In this document: positions 59,758 through 64,000 of the stretch, piece by piece
Position numbering within the stretch: the first letter of the stretch is position 1
How the letters are laid out: the number at the start of each line of letters is the position of its first letter
Assembly: GCA_016715065.1 (NCBI GenBank)
Contig: JADKBN010000018.1
Coordinates: 100,280-164,279 of the forward strand
DNA from: Fibrobacterota bacterium
GTDB lineage: Bacteria; Fibrobacterota; Fibrobacteria; UBA5070
DNA: 64,000 bases
Direction: 5' to 3'
Translations under genes and position numbers: made by a program
Notes under the pieces: generated by a model
Told to the model about the DNA's origin: nothing
Database searches by the model: none
The model's input: only the letters and a program-made list of their open reading frames with translations

Positions 59758-59896
59758 GATTCGAACCACCTGTTTCCAGGGGGCCGAGGAGGAGGAAAGA
59801 TAGCACCTGTCCGTCTTCTGGAAAGGGAGCACAAAAGACATCTCGCGCTTGCATCCTGTCCGATGGACGCGGTATAGTGGGCTTCCAGAGGAGACC

Positions 59897-60994
59897 CGAA
59901 TGGAACAAGGCGCCCCCAGGATCCTTGTCGTGGACGACGAGAACGCGATCTGCCAAGTCATCCAGGACTATCTGTCCTTGAGAAGGTTCGAAGTGGCCAC
60001 GGCTGGCAACTACGACGAGGCGACCTCTCTGCTGGGCGCGGAGCGGTTCGATGTGCTCCTTTCCGACATCCGCATGCCTGGCAAGAGCGGCACCGACCTC
60101 CTGCGCTACACGCGCCGCCACCATCCCAACACCGCCACCATCCTGTTCACCGGCTACGCCGACATCGGCATCGCGGTGACCTCCATGCAGGAAGGGGCCT
60201 ACGACTTCATCCTCAAGCCCATCCACCTGGAACAAGTGCACATGTCCATCCACAACGCCCTGGAAAAACGGGCCTTGAAGGAGGAAGTGCGCCGCTACCA
60301 GAGAGGCCTGGAAGACCTGGTGGAAAAACGCACCAAGGAGCTCCGGGAGGCGCTACGCCTGGTAGAAGCGGCCAACCTGGATACGGTGACCCGGCTTTCC
60401 CGGGCCGCGGAAATGCGCGACGACGAGACGGGCAACCACGTGTTGCGCATCCGCTCCTATTCGGCGGCCTTGGCGCGCGAACTGGGCATGCCCGGCGACG
60501 AGGTGGGAAAACTCTATGTGGCCAGCTCCATGCACGACGTGGGAAAGATCGGCATCCCCGACCACATCCTGCTCAAGCCCGGACGATTGGACGCGGGTGA
60601 ACTTTCCATCATGAAAAGCCACGCGGTGATCGGGGCCCGGATCCTGGCCGACGCCGACAGCCCCATGCTGCAAGTGGCCCAGGTGGTGGCGCGCAGCCAC
60701 CATGAAAAGTGGGATGGCTCCGGCTATCCCGATGGCCTTTCGGGCGAAACGATCCCGCTTTCGGGACGGATCGTCGCCTTGGCCGACGTGTGGGACGCGC
60801 TGACCACCAGACGCTGTTACAAGGCAGCCTTTTCGCTCACCTCTTCCAAGGACATCATCCTCAAATCGTCGGGATCGCACTTCGATCCGGATGTGGTCGC
60901 CGCCTTCCGTCGCGTGGAGGACGAATTCCAGAGCATCTTCGCCCAATTCCAGGACGAATCTTCCAGCGTCGCGCACGCACCCACAGAGAACTGA
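59897..60994 (+). CDS. response regulator with HD-GYP domain (c-di-GMP phosphodiesterase-type output)
   Basis: REC domain ILVVDDE...LLSDIRMPG. HD-GYP signatures HHEKWDGSGYP and HD earlier in the domain. Confidence 0.8.
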   Translation, partial: RMEQGAPRILVVDDENAICQVIQDYLSLRRFEVATAGNYDEATSLLGAERFDVLLSDIRMPGKSGTDLLRYTRRHHPNTATILFTGYADIGIAVTSMQEGAYDFILKPIHLEQVHMSIHNALEKRALKEEVRRYQRGLEDLVEKRTKELREALRLVEAANLDTVTRLSRAAEMRDDETGNHVLRIRSYSAALARELGMPGDEVGKLYVASSMHDVGKIGIPDHILLKPGRLDAGELSIMKSHAVIGARILADADSPMLQVAQVVARSHHEKWDGSGYPDGLSGETIPLSGRIVALADVWDALTTRRCYKAAFSLTSSKDIILKSSGSHFDPDVVAAFRRVEDEFQSIFAQFQDESSSVAHAPTEN

Positions 60995-61020
60995 CCCCCG
61001 CCGATGGAGCCGCACCGCCC

Positions 61021-61482
61021 ATGACCGACCTCGCCTTGGATGTCCGGACGATTCCCGTCCAGGTTCGGACGGAATCCGACATCGCATCGGATGCCGTGGT
61101 GTTCCTTCCCTTCGCAGAACCACCCGGAGCCCACGGATTGCTGGGACGCATGAACGATCCAGATCGGTTCGTTCCTACCCGGACCGGCGAATCCATCCGT
61201 CTCCTGGCCAAACGCACCATCCGCACGCTCTCGGTGGGGTTCGAACTTCCCGAAATCACCGAACTTTCCGACCTGGGAGCCAAGGCCGTGCATTTGCGCA
61301 TCCATCTCAGCGAAGGTGTGCTTGTGGAAGGTTCCGTGGCCATCCTGCTTCCGGAGCTGCGCGAACGCCCCTTGGATTTCCTCAACCAAGCCGAGCCGTT
61401 TTTTGCCTTGTCCACCCCGGAGGGGACCATCGTGGTGAACAAGGACTGGGTCGATTTCGTGGAACCGGCGGAGAAACCATAG
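61021..61482 (+). CDS. hypothetical protein, co-directional and abutting the pilT-like gene
   Basis: 153 aa. Starts 27 nt after the HD-GYP stop and ends 1 nt before the pilT-like ATG. Confidence 0.4.
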   Translation: MTDLALDVRTIPVQVRTESDIASDAVVFLPFAEPPGAHGLLGRMNDPDRFVPTRTGESIRLLAKRTIRTLSVGFELPEITELSDLGAKAVHLRIHLSEGVLVEGSVAILLPELRERPLDFLNQAEPFFALSTPEGTIVVNKDWVDFVEPAEKP

Positions 61483-62931
61483 ATGGCCACCCTGGACAGC
61501 TACCTGCAGGCGCAACTCTCGCATGGCGCCACCCACTTCGTGCTCCATGCCGGACACGAGATCCTGTTTGTCATCGACGGGGTGGAACGACCGATGACGG
61601 CCGAGAAGGTCGACCAAGCCACCGTGGTGGCGCTCCTTTGCGAAATCGCACCGCCCAACGTGCAACGTTCCATCCAGGCCAACGGCAAGTTCGAGTTCCG
61701 CTACAGCACCAAGAACAGCCCGTTTTTGTGCGCGGGCCATCCCACCGCCACCGGACCGCGCGCGGTGTTCACGGTAGGCGAAACGTTCTTCGTCCCCGAC
61801 GACCCCGCCTCGATCGTCGATGCCGTTTCCGAGCCGATGATCCACCGGCTGTTTCGGATCATGGTGGAAAAGAAGGCCTCCGACCTCCATCTTTGCGTGG
61901 GCGAGCCCCCCATGATCCGCGAGTCCGGCGACATGGCCAAGATCGCCGGCGAGCCCACCTTGACAGACGAATCGCTGAAGGACCTCCTGTTCGAGATCGC
62001 TCCGGCCAGGAACCGCGAGGAATATCTGGAGTGCGGCGACACCGACTTCGCCCACGAAATCCCGGGCCTGGCGCGTTTCCGGGCCAACTACTTCCGCGAC
62101 CGCAACGGTTCCGGAGCCGTCTTCAGACAGATTCCGACCAAGATTCTCACCGTCGAGGACCTGGGACTTCCGGAAGAGGTCAAGCAGCTGTGCTTTTTGT
62201 CCAAGGGGCTGGTGCTGGTCACGGGACCCACGGGATCCGGCAAGAGCACCACGCTCGCCGCGCTGATCGACTTGGTCAACAGGGCGCGCAAGGACCATAT
62301 CATCACCATCGAGGACCCCATCGAGTTCGTGCACCAGAACAAGGGGTGCCTGATCAACCAGCGCGAAGTCCGCATCCACACCAAATCGTTTTCCAGCGCG
62401 TTGCGGGCGGCCTTGCGCGAAGACCCCGACATCGTGCTGGTGGGAGAAATGCGCGATTTCGAAACCATCTCCATCGCCATCGAAACGGCCGAAACCGGTC
62501 ACCTCGTGTTCGGGACCCTGCACACCAGCACGGCTCCCTCCACCGTGGATCGATTGATCGACGTGTTCCCTTCCGACCGCCAGGACCAGATCCGCGTGAT
62601 GCTTTCCGAATCGCTCAAAGGGGTGATCGCCCAGACCCTGTGCCGCAAAAACGGCGGAGGCAGGGCCGCCGCCTACGAGATCCTCATGGGCGTTCCGGCG
62701 ATGTCGGCCTTGATCCGCGAAGGCAAGACCTTCCAGATTCCCAGCGTCATGCAGACAGGCAAGAAGTTCGGCATGTGCACGCTCAACGACAGCTTGTTGG
62801 ACCTGGTGCGCCGCAAGACGGTGGACCCCAAGGAGGCCTACATCAAGGCCGTCGACAAGCAGGGTCTGCTGTTGCAATTCAAAAACCAGGGAGTCGACAT
62901 GAGCTTCCTCTCGGAGGTCGGCGCCGGATAG
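61483..62931 (+). CDS. pilT: PilT/PilU-family type IV pilus retraction ATPase with an extra, duplicated N-terminal domain
   Basis: Walker A GPTGSGKST, Asp box, Walker B/His box IVLVGEMRD, HLVFGTLHT. PilT N-domain ASDLHLCVGEPPMIRESGDM is preceded by a roughly 110-aa degenerate copy (GATHFVLHAGHEILFVIDGVERPM...GPRAVFTVG). Confidence 0.75.
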   Translation: MATLDSYLQAQLSHGATHFVLHAGHEILFVIDGVERPMTAEKVDQATVVALLCEIAPPNVQRSIQANGKFEFRYSTKNSPFLCAGHPTATGPRAVFTVGETFFVPDDPASIVDAVSEPMIHRLFRIMVEKKASDLHLCVGEPPMIRESGDMAKIAGEPTLTDESLKDLLFEIAPARNREEYLECGDTDFAHEIPGLARFRANYFRDRNGSGAVFRQIPTKILTVEDLGLPEEVKQLCFLSKGLVLVTGPTGSGKSTTLAALIDLVNRARKDHIITIEDPIEFVHQNKGCLINQREVRIHTKSFSSALRAALREDPDIVLVGEMRDFETISIAIETAETGHLVFGTLHTSTAPSTVDRLIDVFPSDRQDQIRVMLSESLKGVIAQTLCRKNGGGRAAAYEILMGVPAMSALIREGKTFQIPSVMQTGKKFGMCTLNDSLLDLVRRKTVDPKEAYIKAVDKQGLLLQFKNQGVDMSFLSEVGAG

Positions 62932-62958
62932 CTCGCGCCGACCGGAGGTTCCACCCAA

Positions 62959-63402
62959 ATGCCCACCGCCATCTGGACCGACGAAATCGAAACCGGCTTC
63001 GAGAAGATCGACGCGCAGCACCGGACGCTGTTTTCCCTCATGGCACAAATCGACACGGAGATGGTCGACAACGCGCCACCCAACGACCTGGCAGGGCGAT
63101 TGCGGCAACTGCTGGAATTCACCGACCTCCATTTCGCCACGGAAGAGCGGCTCATGCGCAAGCTGGGCTACGACGGACTCGATGTGCACGTGAAGTCCCA
63201 CGAGGACTTGTGCGAGCGCATCACCGTGGCTACCACCCGCGAGCTCGACGGACACGATCTCCATGGAGAACTGATGGCGATCCTTTCGGCTTGGCTGGTG
63301 GAGCACATCCACACGCAGGATCTCCCCATGGCCCGTTGGATGAGATCCCTATCGCGCCACGACGAGCCGCCCTCAACTCTAGAACCGGAGATTCGAAAAT
63401 GA
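62959..63402 (+). CDS. bacteriohemerythrin-like protein
   Basis: IDAQH, HFATEE, HVKSHED, EHIHTQD ligand pattern. Confidence 0.8.
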   Translation: MPTAIWTDEIETGFEKIDAQHRTLFSLMAQIDTEMVDNAPPNDLAGRLRQLLEFTDLHFATEERLMRKLGYDGLDVHVKSHEDLCERITVATTRELDGHDLHGELMAILSAWLVEHIHTQDLPMARWMRSLSRHDEPPSTLEPEIRK

Positions 63403-63797
63403 GCCTTGCCGCCTGGGATCCAAAATACGCAACAGGAAATCTCGCCATCGACGGACAGCACAAGAAGCTGTTCCAGATGGTCAACGAACTCCACGACTCC
63501 CTGCTCGCAGGCGCGGGACGGGAAAAAATGGGCCCGACCCTGAAGGGACTCGCGACCTACACGGTGGAGCACTTCCGCACCGAGGAAGGGTTCATGACCC
63601 AAAAGGGGTATCCCGGCTACCCCGAGCACAAGCGCAAGCACGAAGAGCTCCTTGTCCAGGTCACCCAACTGATCACGGATTTCGACGCTGGCAAGCTCAC
63701 CTTGCCCCTGACGCTGGCGCGCTTCCTTGCCGACTGGATCCGCCACCACATCGACGAGGAAGACCAAAAACTGGCCAAGTGGATCAAGTCCAACTGA
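63399..63797 (+). CDS. bacteriohemerythrin-like protein (second, translationally coupled by ATGA overlap)
   Basis: IDGQH, HFRTEE, HKRKHEE, RHHIDEED. Confidence 0.8.
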   Translation: MSLAAWDPKYATGNLAIDGQHKKLFQMVNELHDSLLAGAGREKMGPTLKGLATYTVEHFRTEEGFMTQKGYPGYPEHKRKHEELLVQVTQLITDFDAGKLTLPLTLARFLADWIRHHIDEEDQKLAKWIKSN

Positions 63798-63846
63798 TCG
63801 ATTCCGGCTGTTCGCTTTGGGAACATGGCCCGCGCGGGCGGGGCTC

Positions 63847-64000
63847 TACTCGATCTTCGCTCGGATCAGGATGGAGAATATCTCCTGGCTGTACTGCCAT
63901 TTCTTCTCCTTGGGCTCCAAGGTCCGGTCGTACGCCTCGGCGGCTTCCTCGTCCAGATCGTAGACCGGGCTTTCGAAGAATCGCCAATTATTGTCAGAAA
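63847..64000 (-). CDS. 3' end of an unidentified gene running off the window (partial)
   Basis: Open minus-strand frame ending ...SQEIFSILIRAKIE with a stop at 63847-63849. Identity unknown. Confidence 0.25.

Noticed and set aside
60817-63797. 831-aa minus-strand and 968-aa plus-strand ORFs spanning the pilT/hemerythrin region.
   Set aside because: They overlap well-supported genes (HD-GYP regulator, pilT, hemerythrins) out of frame or in antisense; composition is Arg/Gly/His-rich.

Overview
This 64 kb window is high-GC (about 65%) bacterial chromosomal DNA. Most genes are on the minus strand. The gene content points to the FCB/Bacteroidota-like group, but that is an inference from three observations: a roughly 2,200-aa SprA/Sov-like outer-membrane beta-barrel, two SusC-type TonB-dependent receptors each paired with a lipoprotein, and a PF09820-type AAA-ATPase.

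Genes in order, left to right:
- A probable cell-wall operon on the minus strand: TPR/NTF2-like protein, translationally coupled to an L,D-transpeptidase, then PBP1C (pbpC), then a tandem pseudokinase and Ser/Thr kinase, each flanked by zinc ribbons.
- A hemerythrin.
- Three tandem secreted tail-fibre/fibritin-like paralogues with hypervariable centres.
- typA/bipA, a CBM-like secreted protein, an argD-like aminotransferase and RNase G (rng).
- The giant SprA-like outer-membrane protein.
- A hypothetical outer-membrane protein and an AAA-ATPase/PD-(D/E)XK protein.
- mutL, hisS, an MCP with a small Cache-like sensor, and a second class-III aminotransferase.
- An AsmA-family protein, queD, a CPBP (CAAX) protease, a hybrid histidine kinase, and a NERD plus SF1-helicase protein.
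- Two tandem, diverged copies of a TonB-dependent receptor / lipoprotein / ExbB / ExbD / TonB module.
- tRNA-Pro(CGG).
- An HD-GYP response regulator, a PilT-like ATPase with a duplicated N-domain, and two more hemerythrins.

Features not explained by the genes:
- A family of palindromic MITE/REP-like intergenic elements with termini CCGTTCGTCCTGAGGAG ... CTCCTCAGGACGAACGG (four full copies, one half copy, one minimal hairpin).
- A 98-bp tandem triplication of the typA 3' end (last 12 codons, stop, hairpin).
- A 22-bp duplication of the helicase gene's last codons flanking a half-MITE.
- A 131-bp tandem array of about six copies.
- A 29-bp perfect palindrome with flanking direct repeats.
- Three canonical intrinsic terminators.

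Frame breaks are concentrated in the first 10 kb (kinase, PBP1C, L,D-transpeptidase, TPR protein, tail-fibre paralogue 1). The one break I traced to a base is a single-C loss in a C run, so these may be homopolymer sequencing errors rather than decay. Gene boundaries in that region are approximate.
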